From contig JAWOKN010000096.1 in the NCBI GenBank assembly GCA_033854175.1, positions 73,725 to 137,724 of the forward strand: a stretch of DNA of 64,000 nucleotides, written 5' to 3'. Origin of the DNA: Bacteroidota bacterium. GTDB taxonomy: Bacteria > Bacteroidota > Ignavibacteria > UBA10030 > SZUA-254. How positions within the stretch are numbered: position 1 is the stretch's first letter; each line of letters begins with the position of its first letter. The notes below the pieces were generated by a model. That model saw only the letters and a list, made by a program, of their open reading frames with translations. It searched no databases and was not told where the DNA came from. The translations under genes were made by a program, and so were the position numbers. This document shows, piece after piece, positions 31,555 through 41,041 of this stretch.

Positions 31555-34053
31555 TCAGGGTTTTTTAAAGAGATTCTTCAAACCTTCTTTGACTTTGTTT
31601 TTCAGGGCATCTTCACCCTTCTGTTGAAGGGCTTTTCTGGCCATTTCCTGCTGTGCCTGGGTGTCAAGCTGCAACGCCGGATTCGAAGATGTACCACCGA
31701 CGTGGAACGGCAGGTTGAGTCTACCATCTTTGTCCTTGAAATACTCTAGAAGATTTCCCGCAACGCCGGGTAAGTTTATTTTGCCCGACATTTCAGGAGG
31801 AAGCTTTACCGTCAGTGCGTAGTCAAGCGTGCCATCAAGCCCCTGGGAACCATTGAGAGCGAAGCTGGTGGTACCTGCGTCCACCTTTAAATCCTTCACG
31901 TTTAATCTTCCATTTGCGACGGAAAAAGAATTGGTCCAGTCCTTGAAATTGATCACTTTGAGCTGATCCGCACCGGTAAGAGATGCAAGTTTTTGTGTAA
32001 GCGGAAACCCGGTCAGTTTGCCCTCGAAAACTTTTGCGAGGCCATCGCCCGTCAGAGATTGTGTGTTGAGCCCCATCGTGTCGTTCAGATCGCCCCGTAA
32101 TTTTGTGTTCATGGTAAGCTTGCCGAAGAGATACTGCCCAAATGATGTGAAATTTGACAGCAGGGCATTCGATTCGACATTATTGATCGCGAGATCAAGA
32201 TTAAACGGCCGGTTATTTTCGTTGCGCAGATCGAGGGTTCCCTTTGTCTGAATCGATCCCTGGAAGGCGTTGACAGAAAATGATTTCAGATCGGCGATCC
32301 CATTACTTAGTGTCAGAGAACCCTTTGCATTCGTGAAGGAGAATTTATCCGTGACAAGTTTGTCAACGGCAACATCGGCTGCGACATCGAATCCTGGAAG
32401 AAGGCTCCCCTGTTTTTGATATGTTTTCTTTGACTCTGCTGTCTTCGGTGGCGCAGGTGATCCGGTGGCCAGATCCATAGTCCTGAGTTGATGGGAGATC
32501 AGTTTCACCGTTGCTGATGGATTTACACCGGATTTCTCACCTCTTGGAAATACCAGGGGAAGATAGTTCTTCAAAGCGAATGAAAGATTGAGATCAGACT
32601 CGCCGATGTTCAGAGCTATCTGTTTTGATTCAACTATCTGGTTGTTGATAGTGATCGTACCATTAAGGTTGCGGATGGGTTTTGGTGTCCCGGAGCTCTG
32701 AATGGTGACGTTCTGAAAATTGATCGTCCCTTTTCCGTTCAATGACTGCGGATTGTTTACTTTTCCGTCAATGGAGATATTGGTCTGAATTATCCCGTTG
32801 TACTCTGATCCCTTCTCAAGTGGATAAAATTCCTTTATCTCTGCGAGATTGAGTTTACCGGCTATCGAGGCGGAAACGAGGGGATCATCGAAATGAGAAA
32901 CATGAACCTTTCCGCTGATATCGTTCGACCCAATCCGAGCAGCAAACTGTTCAATCGAAAAATTTCCTATACCAGTTGCCCCCACCGGCGCAGAAGGTTT
33001 TTCGAATAAGCCACTCATGGTCATGTTCGTGATCGATTTCGGAAGAGATGAATACTGAATTTTTCCATTAGTTACACTGAAGGAAGCAGTTGTAGCCGGA
33101 TTAACGGTTGCACTGGACGGTCCCGCCATTTTTACGGAAAATTTTACATCTCCGGAGGTTGTCAGACCGGCTGTCTTTTTCAGCATATCGGGAGGAATAA
33201 GCGAGAGCAGTTGTTCCATCGTGGCACCTGGCGATGTGATCGTCAGATCCATGATGTTGGTGGTTTGTTGTAGCTGTGCAATGGTGCCTGTCGCGGTGAT
33301 TGGGAGATCACGCACGTGGCCATTGACATTGTCAAGCGATAGAACATCTTTATCGAGAGCGTAGGATATCCGGGAGTCAGCTTTCAACGGTTGATCGGAT
33401 AAATACCACGCCTTTGTTGTGCCATAGCTGATTTTGTCGATGGATGACAAGGCGTCAATAACAATGGTATTCTCACTCTGCCTGGATTCCGCCGATGCTT
33501 TTACATTGATTCCCTCAAATAGCATACGGCTGTCGAACTTGTTGTCCACCATTTCAAATTCACCGTCGTCAATCTCAAGATCGGAAACCAGCAATCCGCC
33601 GCCGACAGATGTCGGGGACCCACCTTTTTGAGGCTGGGGGGAGGTTGAACCTGAAGAATAATTTTTTATTCCGCCCTTGGTTACCTCAAGATAGATAATC
33701 GGACGTTGGAGTATAATTCTCCCAATTTCTATCTTCCCCGAAATCAGCGGAAGGAGTTTAACATTGATGGAGAGATGATCGAGGGAGATGAATGTATTAC
33801 GGTCGAATTTTGCTCCATCCGGATTTGAAAGGGTCAGACTATCGATAGAGACTGCGAGGGATGGAAAAACCGAAAGAGAGATCTCCTTCACTCCGACCTG
33901 TCGATGGGTTGTCTCTTCAATCCTTGGGAGGACCATCGCTTGAAGCCGATCGCTTGTGAAATAGAGTTTTGCTGCGATGATGATGATGAGAAGTAAGATA
34001 ATGGGGACTGAAATGATGATAATCCAGATTTTTGCCATTTTACTTATCGCCAT
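31555..34053 (-). CDS. AsmA-family outer-membrane biogenesis protein
   Basis: An N-terminal TM anchor (IWIIIISVPIILLLIIIIAAKLYF) is followed by about 800 aa of repetitive beta-rich sequence. The stop is 2 nt before rsmA. Confidence 0.7.
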   Translation of the reverse strand: MAISKMAKIWIIIISVPIILLLIIIIAAKLYFTSDRLQAMVLPRIEETTHRQVGVKEISLSVFPSLAVSIDSLTLSNPDGAKFDRNTFISLDHLSINVKLLPLISGKIEIGRIILQRPIIYLEVTKGGIKNYSSGSTSPQPQKGGSPTSVGGGLLVSDLEIDDGEFEMVDNKFDSRMLFEGINVKASAESRQSENTIVIDALSSIDKISYGTTKAWYLSDQPLKADSRISYALDKDVLSLDNVNGHVRDLPITATGTIAQLQQTTNIMDLTITSPGATMEQLLSLIPPDMLKKTAGLTTSGDVKFSVKMAGPSSATVNPATTASFSVTNGKIQYSSLPKSITNMTMSGLFEKPSAPVGATGIGNFSIEQFAARIGSNDISGKVHVSHFDDPLVSASIAGKLNLAEIKEFYPLEKGSEYNGIIQTNISIDGKVNNPQSLNGKGTINFQNVTIQSSGTPKPIRNLNGTITINNQIVESKQIALNIGESDLNLSFALKNYLPLVFPRGEKSGVNPSATVKLISHQLRTMDLATGSPAPPKTAESKKTYQKQGSLLPGFDVAADVAVDKLVTDKFSFTNAKGSLTLSNGIADLKSFSVNAFQGSIQTKGTLDLRNENNRPFNLDLAINNVESNALLSNFTSFGQYLFGKLTMNTKLRGDLNDTMGLNTQSLTGDGLAKVFEGKLTGFPLTQKLASLTGADQLKVINFKDWTNSFSVANGRLNVKDLKVDAGTTSFALNGSQGLDGTLDYALTVKLPPEMSGKINLPGVAGNLLEYFKDKDGRLNLPFHVGGTSSNPALQLDTQAQQEMARKALQQKGEDALKNKVKEGLKNLFKKP

Positions 34054-34358
34054 AAGTCACCATGCGGTAATTCATCGAAGGGGAATATAGTCTTGTGTAC
34101 AAAATATACCTAAATCGTGAGAGAATATCAATGAATTGGAGATGGTGCTCTGGTTATTCTACCGTCATACTTTGGAATTTTGTTCACGCGCATATATTCT
34201 CCAAATTTGCTCCTGGGGGGAAAGCGGGATTTTCTCTTTACAGAGAAAACCGGTGCGACGATCATGCAGGTTGACTTGCGTGATATGGAATTTTGCTAAT
34301 GATCGGTTTGAATTTCATTAGAATTTTCTGCATTTTAACAGCCAGAGATCGGTTTCCC

Positions 34359-35111
34359 ATGCTTCTTATCATTCCGGCAATTGATATCAAAGGCGGAAAA
34401 TGCGTCCAGCCAATTCATGGACATGAGGGCTTTACGTATTCCGATGATCCAACGGAAATGGCAAAACTCTGGAGGAAGGAAAATGCCAAGTCTCTTTATG
34501 TCACCGATATCGACGGTATAAGGGAAGGCCGGCTCATGAATTTCGAGGTCATAGATCGGATGGTAAAATCTGTAGATATTCCTGTTACCCTGGGGGGTGG
34601 TATACACACTCTGGAAGAGGTCCAACGGGCTTTCGACGCGGGTATCTATCGAGTTATGGTTCGCACCGTCCTTATTGAAGATCCTGACGAGGCCAAACGG
34701 ATCCTTGACAAGTTCAGCGCGAGCAAAGTCAGCCTTGGTATTGACGCCGAGAATGGTATCGTCATTTCGCCTTTGGATATGCAATCGACCGGAGTCACAG
34801 CCGTGAGCTTGGGATTAAACGCGAAAGAACTTGGTTTCAGGCGGATTATCTACTCCGATGTCGCTATTCAGGGGACAGGGCGTGGACCCAATTTCACGGC
34901 CATTCGTCGGCTAGGCGAAAAGACCGGTCTAAAGATTACCGCCGCCAGTGGCGTGACCGGATTATCGGATCTTCTGCGTCTCCAGGAGCTTGAGCCATAC
35001 GGAATTGATTCTGTTGTCATTGGAAGAGCTCTTCATTCCAATAACTTCGCCTGTCAGGGTTTGTGGCGGTTATGTGAAGCTGGAAACTTTCCCTACACAG
35101 CGAGAGTGTAA
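34359..35111 (+). CDS. HisA/HisF-family (beta/alpha)8 isomerase, HisA-like
   Basis: The ATG at 34359 gives MLLIIPAIDIKGGKCVQ...LYVTDIDG...TLGGGIHT...IYSDVAIQGTGRGPN...ASGVTGLSDL...VVIGRALH. The listed 34293 start adds a non-conserved extension. Confidence 0.75.
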   Translation: MLLIIPAIDIKGGKCVQPIHGHEGFTYSDDPTEMAKLWRKENAKSLYVTDIDGIREGRLMNFEVIDRMVKSVDIPVTLGGGIHTLEEVQRAFDAGIYRVMVRTVLIEDPDEAKRILDKFSASKVSLGIDAENGIVISPLDMQSTGVTAVSLGLNAKELGFRRIIYSDVAIQGTGRGPNFTAIRRLGEKTGLKITAASGVTGLSDLLRLQELEPYGIDSVVIGRALHSNNFACQGLWRLCEAGNFPYTARV

Positions 35112-35116
35112 AAACC

Positions 35117-36052
35117 ATGAAAATTCTCGTTCTCGGCCACCTTTGCCTCGATGTCATCCATCATGCTGACGGAAGCGAGACACAGAGCCCCGGGGGAATT
35201 TACTTTTCCGTTGCGACGCTTGCAAATCTTCTTCCCCGATCGGACTTAATCGTTCCGATATTTGGCGTGGGAAAGAATGACTATGAGCGGATTATAGGAT
35301 TACTTGACAGATATCCGAATGTTGATCCGGCGGCTATTTTCAGAATGAATATTCCGACAAACCAGGTCCACCTCCATTACAAGGATGAAAAAGAGCGCCT
35401 TGAATGTTCAAAAAATATATCTGAACCGATTCCCCTGAAAAAAATCCGTCCACATCTGGATGCCGATATGATTCTCGTGAACATGATATCGGGATTCGAT
35501 CTGACTCTCGAAACGCTTGATGAAATCAGGATGGGGATCCGTGATGCTCATACTCCGCTCTATATGGATATCCACAGTCTTACGCTCGGAATCAAAGAGG
35601 ATTTTACCCGGTTCCACCGCCCGGTGGAGGCGTGGAGGCGGTGGCTTTTCATGCTTCACGCTGCACAGATGAACGAAGAAGAGGCTGCGGTTCTTTCTGA
35701 AGAACGGTATGACGAACAGGGGCTATCGAAACAGGTTCTTGCCCTCAACACAAAAGCACTTATTATTACACGAGGGGAAAGGGGATGCACGGCGTTTGTC
35801 GACAGCCATAAGCACATCCAGCGGTACGATTGTGCTGGTATTCCATTGGGAAAGACGGTCGATCCTACAGGTTGCGGGGATGTTTTCGCCGCAGCATACT
35901 GCGCTTCGTATATGCAGACGAAGGATATTGTCGGTTCACTCACGTTTGCGAATAAAATTGCGGCCAGGAAAGCCGAGCTTGCCGGTTCGGATCATATCGA
36001 TCTGCTTTCGTCACATGCCCTTGTGGAAGAACATGGAGGATCCTCCGTATGA
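35117..36052 (+). CDS. PfkB-family carbohydrate/nucleoside kinase
   Basis: The C-terminal signature is DPTGCGDVFAAAY, with GG near the N-terminus (SPGGIY). Confidence 0.85.
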   Translation: MKILVLGHLCLDVIHHADGSETQSPGGIYFSVATLANLLPRSDLIVPIFGVGKNDYERIIGLLDRYPNVDPAAIFRMNIPTNQVHLHYKDEKERLECSKNISEPIPLKKIRPHLDADMILVNMISGFDLTLETLDEIRMGIRDAHTPLYMDIHSLTLGIKEDFTRFHRPVEAWRRWLFMLHAAQMNEEEAAVLSEERYDEQGLSKQVLALNTKALIITRGERGCTAFVDSHKHIQRYDCAGIPLGKTVDPTGCGDVFAAAYCASYMQTKDIVGSLTFANKIAARKAELAGSDHIDLLSSHALVEEHGGSSV

Positions 36053-36780
36053 ATATTGCACTCATCGGTTATGGAAAAATGGGAAAAGAGGTTGAGCAGG
36101 CGGCGGAACGCCGAGGTGTCAGGATTAAACACATCTTTCCCACAGACAGGGAATTAATTTCTATCAATAAAAAATCGCTTCACGATGTTGATGTCTGCGT
36201 TGATTTTACATCACCGCTCGCGACACTCGATATTGTTCAGCGTGTTGCGGAATGCGGAAAAAATATTGTCATCGGCACAACCGGCTGGTATGATCAGCTC
36301 GAGCAGATAAGTTCGATTGTGGCAAAGAAAAAGATCGGTCTGCTCTATTCTCCAAACTTTTCTCTTGGGATGAATCTTTTTTTCCAAATTGCCGCAGCTG
36401 CTGCATCGTCGATTAATGAGTTTGATGAATACGACGTCGCCGTGCATGAAATACATCACCGTGAGAAAACCGACAGCCCAAGCGGTACCGCACTCACGAT
36501 CGGCCGCATCCTGCTCGATCATTGCAGAAAGAAACGTGAGTTGCTGACAGAAACCTCCCATGAAAAAATTCCCCAGGCAAAGCTGCATGTGACATCGGAG
36601 CGGGTGGGTCGTGTTGTCGGTACGCATACCGTCCTGTTCGACTCGGAAGCCGATTCGATTGAACTTGTCCACAGGGCCAAGAACCGGAGCGGGTTCGCAC
36701 TTGGTGCTGTCATTGCGGCAGAGTGGCTCGTTGGGAAAAAGGGTGTATACACTATGAAGGACGTCCTGGAAGCATTATGA
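36049..36780 (+). CDS. dapB: 4-hydroxy-tetrahydrodipicolinate reductase
   Basis: MNIALIGYGKMGK, IGTTGW and EIHHREKTDSPSGTA. It has an ATGA overlap with the pfkB-like stop. Confidence 0.9.
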   Translation: MNIALIGYGKMGKEVEQAAERRGVRIKHIFPTDRELISINKKSLHDVDVCVDFTSPLATLDIVQRVAECGKNIVIGTTGWYDQLEQISSIVAKKKIGLLYSPNFSLGMNLFFQIAAAAASSINEFDEYDVAVHEIHHREKTDSPSGTALTIGRILLDHCRKKRELLTETSHEKIPQAKLHVTSERVGRVVGTHTVLFDSEADSIELVHRAKNRSGFALGAVIAAEWLVGKKGVYTMKDVLEAL

Positions 36781-37673
36781 AAAGAAAATTACTGTTTCGT
36801 GGAACTGGTACAGCCCTGGTTACGCCTTTTAGGCATGATGGCAGTATCGATGAACGTGCCATCAAAACTTTGGTCGATTTCCAGCTAAAGGGGAAGGTGG
36901 AGGCAATTTTACCGACCGGAACAACGGGGGAGAGCGTTACCCTGTCAGATGACGAGCAACTGCGCGTCATCGAGATCGTTGTGAAGCGGGTGGATGGTAA
37001 GATACCGGTGATTGCCGGCGCTGGAAGTAATTCCACCCAGAGGGCGATTTCCTTGTCGAAGCTTGCCCTGGAAGCGGGTGCCGACGGTATCTTGTCGGTC
37101 GCGCCATATTATAATAAACCGACGCAGGAAGGATTGTTCCGGCACTTTGCAGCTATTGCCGATGCTGTTGATGCGCCCATTATTGCCTACAACGTCCCCG
37201 GTCGGACATCCAGTAATATCGAGGCCCGGACGGTACTCCGTATCGCCAAGGAAATTCCCTCTGTGGTCGGCGTCAAGGAGGCATCTGGAAATCTATCCCA
37301 GATTATGGAAATCCTGAGGAGCAGGCCGCATGGTTTTGGCGTCTGGTCGGGAGACGATGCCATAACATTGCCCATCGTGGCACTCGGGGGTGATGGTGTT
37401 GTATCGGTTGTCTCGAATGAAATTCCGAAAATATTCTCGGATATGATCCGGTTGTGTCTGGGGAAAAAATTTGACCAGGCAGTAAAGCTTCATCATAAAC
37501 TTCTTCCGCTGATGAATATCAATTTCGTTGAATCGAACCCGATTCCCGTGAAAGCCGCCCTTGCGATGATGGGATTAATCGAAGAAGTGTATCGATTACC
37601 GCTCGTTCCGCTGAGCGATAAACACCGACCTGCATTGAAAAAGATCTTACGGGAGCTTCATCTTGTCAAATAA
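36777..37673 (+). CDS. dapA: 4-hydroxy-tetrahydrodipicolinate synthase
   Basis: The ATG at 36777 (ATGA overlap with dapB) gives [18 protein letters not shown]...TGTTGES...YNVPGRT...VGVKEASG. Confidence 0.93.
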   Translation: MKRKLLFRGTGTALVTPFRHDGSIDERAIKTLVDFQLKGKVEAILPTGTTGESVTLSDDEQLRVIEIVVKRVDGKIPVIAGAGSNSTQRAISLSKLALEAGADGILSVAPYYNKPTQEGLFRHFAAIADAVDAPIIAYNVPGRTSSNIEARTVLRIAKEIPSVVGVKEASGNLSQIMEILRSRPHGFGVWSGDDAITLPIVALGGDGVVSVVSNEIPKIFSDMIRLCLGKKFDQAVKLHHKLLPLMNINFVESNPIPVKAALAMMGLIEEVYRLPLVPLSDKHRPALKKILRELHLVK

Positions 37674-38508
37674 AAATTCGCTTCAGCAACGGATTGAGGA
37701 ACTGTTCAGTCAGCCAACCAGTAAATTGGATCGAAAGAAAACTCTTCTGGTCGTCAGGCAGCTGAAGCAGCTGCTCAATAATGGGACAGTCCGTTCCGCA
37801 GAGCGTATCGACGATGAATGGAAAGTGTGCGAATGGGTAAAGATGGGTATTCTTCTCGCGTTTCGGATTGGGATCCTCAAACGTCAATCTGCAACCAATA
37901 TATTTCCATTTCTCGATAAGGACACGATGGCGTTGAAGAAAATCATACCCAGGGATGGGGTACGCATTGTTCCCGGGGGGAGTGCAATCCGGGATGGTTG
38001 CTATATCGCGCCGGGAGTGGTCGTGATGCCGCCGGCATATGTTAATATCGGGGCCTATGTCGATTCACAGACATTGATTGATTCACATGCTCTCGTCGGT
38101 TCGTGCGCACAGGTGGGAAAACGTGTTCACCTCAGTGCCGCCGCGCAGATCGGTGGGGTGCTAGAACCGATTGGTTCTTTGCCCGTAATTGTGGAAGATG
38201 ACGTGTTTATTGGAGGAAATTGCGGGATATATGAGGGAACAATCGTCAGACAGGGTGCTGTCATTGCGGCGGGGGTGATTCTGACTGGCTCGACGCCGGT
38301 GTACGATATCATCCGCCAGACAGTTTATCGCCGGCAGAGTGGTTCTCCGCTCACGATTCCTGAACGAGCGGTTGTTATAGCCGGTACCAGGGTACTGAAT
38401 CACCCATTTGCCGGCGAGCACCGCCTTTCTATCTATTCGCCTGTTATAATAAAATACCGGGATGAGAAGACGGACGCCTCGACCGTTCTTGAAGAAAGTT
38501 TGCGTTAA
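37663..38508 (+). CDS. dapD: 2,3,4,5-tetrahydropyridine-2,6-dicarboxylate N-succinyltransferase
   Basis: It has hexapeptide-repeat LbH segments ([37 protein letters not shown]). The TTG start overlaps the dapA end by 11 nt. Confidence 0.88.
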   Translation: MSNKNSLQQRIEELFSQPTSKLDRKKTLLVVRQLKQLLNNGTVRSAERIDDEWKVCEWVKMGILLAFRIGILKRQSATNIFPFLDKDTMALKKIIPRDGVRIVPGGSAIRDGCYIAPGVVVMPPAYVNIGAYVDSQTLIDSHALVGSCAQVGKRVHLSAAAQIGGVLEPIGSLPVIVEDDVFIGGNCGIYEGTIVRQGAVIAAGVILTGSTPVYDIIRQTVYRRQSGSPLTIPERAVVIAGTRVLNHPFAGEHRLSIYSPVIIKYRDEKTDASTVLEESLR

Positions 38509-38510
38509 TC

Positions 38511-39434
38511 ATGACGCGGATTCTCATTACGGGGAGCAACGGATTGCTGGGTCAAAAGCTTGTGGAGCTTCTATCCCGGTCGACAAATTATTCTTTATTT
38601 CTCACTTCGAAGCACGAACGATCGGTTTTTCAGGATGAAAATATATCCTACCGGCAGCTGGATATATCCGATAAGACCAACGTGAGAAAAGTAGTTGACG
38701 AGGTGGAACCCGCGTTTATTGTAAATACCGCGGGGATGACGAACGTTGACCAATGCGAAACGGACCGGGAGCTTGCGTGGCGGTCAAATGTTGTGAGCGT
38801 GGAAAATCTCGTTCACAGCGCAAAACTCGTTGGCGCACATTTGATCCAGCTATCCACCGATTATATCTTTGACGGCAAGAATGGACCTTATGATGAATTT
38901 GACCGGCCAAACCCGTTGAACTATTATGGCAGAACGAAGCTTGCTGCCGAGAATGTGCTTCGTACCAGCGAAATTCCCTCCACAATCGTCCGGACAGTTG
39001 TATTGTACGGGATCGGCTATGGTGTAAAGATGAATTTCGCACTCTGGGTGTTAAAATCCTTGAGTGAAGGGAATCATATTCATGTTGTCGATGATCAGAT
39101 GAGTAGTCCGACCCTTGTCGACGATCTTGCCTATGCTCTGTCGAAAGTTATTGAGCTCGGGCGCACAGGAGTCTATCACATCTCCGGACCTGATATCGTC
39201 AGCCGTTTTGATTTTGCGAAAACTCTTGCCTCCATTTTCGGACTGGACGGAAAACTGATAATTCCGGCAAAAACCCAGGCACTCAAACAGGCGGCATCAC
39301 GCCCTCTAAAGTCTGGCTTTATTATCTTAAAGGCGGAAACGGAACTCAGCATCAAAATGTCCGGGGTAAAGCAGGGTTTATCGATCTTCAAAAATCAGAT
39401 TTCAGTCAGCATGAAACAACATTCACATCACTGA
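38511..39434 (+). CDS. rfbD: RmlD-type SDR (dTDP-4-dehydrorhamnose reductase-like)
   Basis: ILITGSNGLLGQKL, STDYIFDG and YGRTK (YxxxK). No rmlABC genes are nearby. Confidence 0.7.
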   Translation: MTRILITGSNGLLGQKLVELLSRSTNYSLFLTSKHERSVFQDENISYRQLDISDKTNVRKVVDEVEPAFIVNTAGMTNVDQCETDRELAWRSNVVSVENLVHSAKLVGAHLIQLSTDYIFDGKNGPYDEFDRPNPLNYYGRTKLAAENVLRTSEIPSTIVRTVVLYGIGYGVKMNFALWVLKSLSEGNHIHVVDDQMSSPTLVDDLAYALSKVIELGRTGVYHISGPDIVSRFDFAKTLASIFGLDGKLIIPAKTQALKQAASRPLKSGFIILKAETELSIKMSGVKQGLSIFKNQISVSMKQHSHH

Positions 39435-39446
39435 GCACAGATCGTT

Positions 39447-40718
39447 ATGCTTGATATGCGATTTATACGGGAACACCCTGATCTAGTTAAGGAGGGTATC
39501 CGGAAGAAGGGAGAAACCGATTCTGTCGATGAAATTCTATCGCTTGATACCCGACGCCGGGATTTGCTGCAACGCGGGGAAGCTCTGAAAAGCCGCCGGA
39601 ATGTTGTCTCTGAAGAAATAGGAAGGCTAAAACGTTCAGGGCAGGATGCTGCGAAGGGGGTAGCAGAGATGGAGATTGTGAAGAACCAGATTAAAAGTAT
39701 CGATGATGAACTCAAGGGAATTGAAGAAGTCCTCTCCCAGCTCCTTTTGACCGTTCCCAACGTGCCTCATCCTTCAGTGCCTGAAGGAAAAACGCCGGCT
39801 GATAATCAGGTAATTTTCACCTGGGGTACGCCTCCTGTTATCGATTTTAAGCCGAAGACGCATTGGGAGCTTGCCCACAAACTTGACATCATCGATTTCG
39901 AGCGTGGAGTGAAGATTACCGGTGCGGGTTTCCCATTGTACAAGGGTTCTGGAGCGAAACTTCAGCGCGCGCTTATCAATTTCTTTCTTGACGAAGCAGC
40001 CCTGAAAGGATATCGGGAGATTCAGCCCCCGCTCATGGTCAATACCGAAAGTGCTCGAGGTACGGGTCAGCTACCAGATAAAGAAGATCTCATGTACACG
40101 GTACCAAAAGACGCACTCTACCTTGTTCCGACTGCAGAAGTTCCTGTAACGAACATCCACCGGGACGAGATACTTCCCGAAGAGGCGCTGCCGATACAAT
40201 ATTGTGCCTATACTCCCTGTTTCAGACGGGAGGCAGGGTCATATGGCAAAGATGTACGCGGACTGAATCGTCTTCACCAGTTTGATAAGGTGGAGCTTGT
40301 TAAGTTCGTTCATCCAGCCCTCTCGTATAATGAACTGGAAGACTTGAGATCGGATGCGGAAGCAGTATTGCAGAAGCTCGGCCTCCACTATCGTGTGCTG
40401 CTCATGTGTACGGGCGATATGGGGTTTACGCAGTCGAAGAAGTATGATCTCGAAGTTTGGTCATTGGGGCAGGAACGGTGGCTTGAAGTGTCGTCGATCA
40501 GCAATTTTGAATCATTTCAAGCACGGCGGATGAACATCCGTTTCAGGCCGAGGGGATCCGGAAAACCAGAAATTGTTCACACCCTCAATGGCTCAGGTCT
40601 TGCTCTCCCGCGTGTGGTTGCTGCCATCCTGGAGCATTATCAAACTCCCGAAGGAAAGGTGATCATTCCCAAGGCGCTCCACAAGTACATGGGCTGCGAA
40701 GTGATCGGTGAGATGTGA
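39447..40718 (+). CDS. serS: Serine--tRNA ligase
   Basis: An N-terminal coiled coil is followed by the class II motifs FRREAGSYGKDVRGLNRLHQFDKVE and GSGLALPR. Confidence 0.97.
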   Translation: MLDMRFIREHPDLVKEGIRKKGETDSVDEILSLDTRRRDLLQRGEALKSRRNVVSEEIGRLKRSGQDAAKGVAEMEIVKNQIKSIDDELKGIEEVLSQLLLTVPNVPHPSVPEGKTPADNQVIFTWGTPPVIDFKPKTHWELAHKLDIIDFERGVKITGAGFPLYKGSGAKLQRALINFFLDEAALKGYREIQPPLMVNTESARGTGQLPDKEDLMYTVPKDALYLVPTAEVPVTNIHRDEILPEEALPIQYCAYTPCFRREAGSYGKDVRGLNRLHQFDKVELVKFVHPALSYNELEDLRSDAEAVLQKLGLHYRVLLMCTGDMGFTQSKKYDLEVWSLGQERWLEVSSISNFESFQARRMNIRFRPRGSGKPEIVHTLNGSGLALPRVVAAILEHYQTPEGKVIIPKALHKYMGCEVIGEM

Positions 40719-41041
40719 TTTCGCCCACTGGTTGGAATCTCTGTATGTAAGACATCTTTTGCGATAAAAAAAAGGGACTAATTCAATGTCTATACTCTGC
40801 CCACGCCTGTTTTCCAGCCTCCCTCCTGTTTAACAAAGGAGTCGTTTTTTTACTTCGACTCACGCAATGGAAACAGTCCCCCCTATGACCGTGATCGAAT
40901 TTATCTTAACATTCATGGCGTATCAACCAATCAAACTCTTATGTCACGACGACTCTGTGATGCCCCCGTTGTTACTGCTACCATTTCTCCTTACTGTTTC
41001 TTATCTTAAAGAGTGATATTTTTCTTTGGTCTGAATCTGCG

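Noticed and set aside
34054-34358. Lysine (L-box) riboswitch or another leader upstream of the hisA-like/dap string
   Set aside because: I found only an AT-rich 8-bp hairpin (TTTTCTCT-ttac-AGAGAAAA). I could not recognise the conserved L-box core segments, and the first gene is not a lysine gene.
40867-41016. 49-codon hydrophobic uORF (METVPPMTVIEFILTF...) upstream of the ABC exporter
   Set aside because: It has no SD and is Pro/Leu-rich with low complexity. Nothing distinguishes it from chance in a 323-nt spacer.
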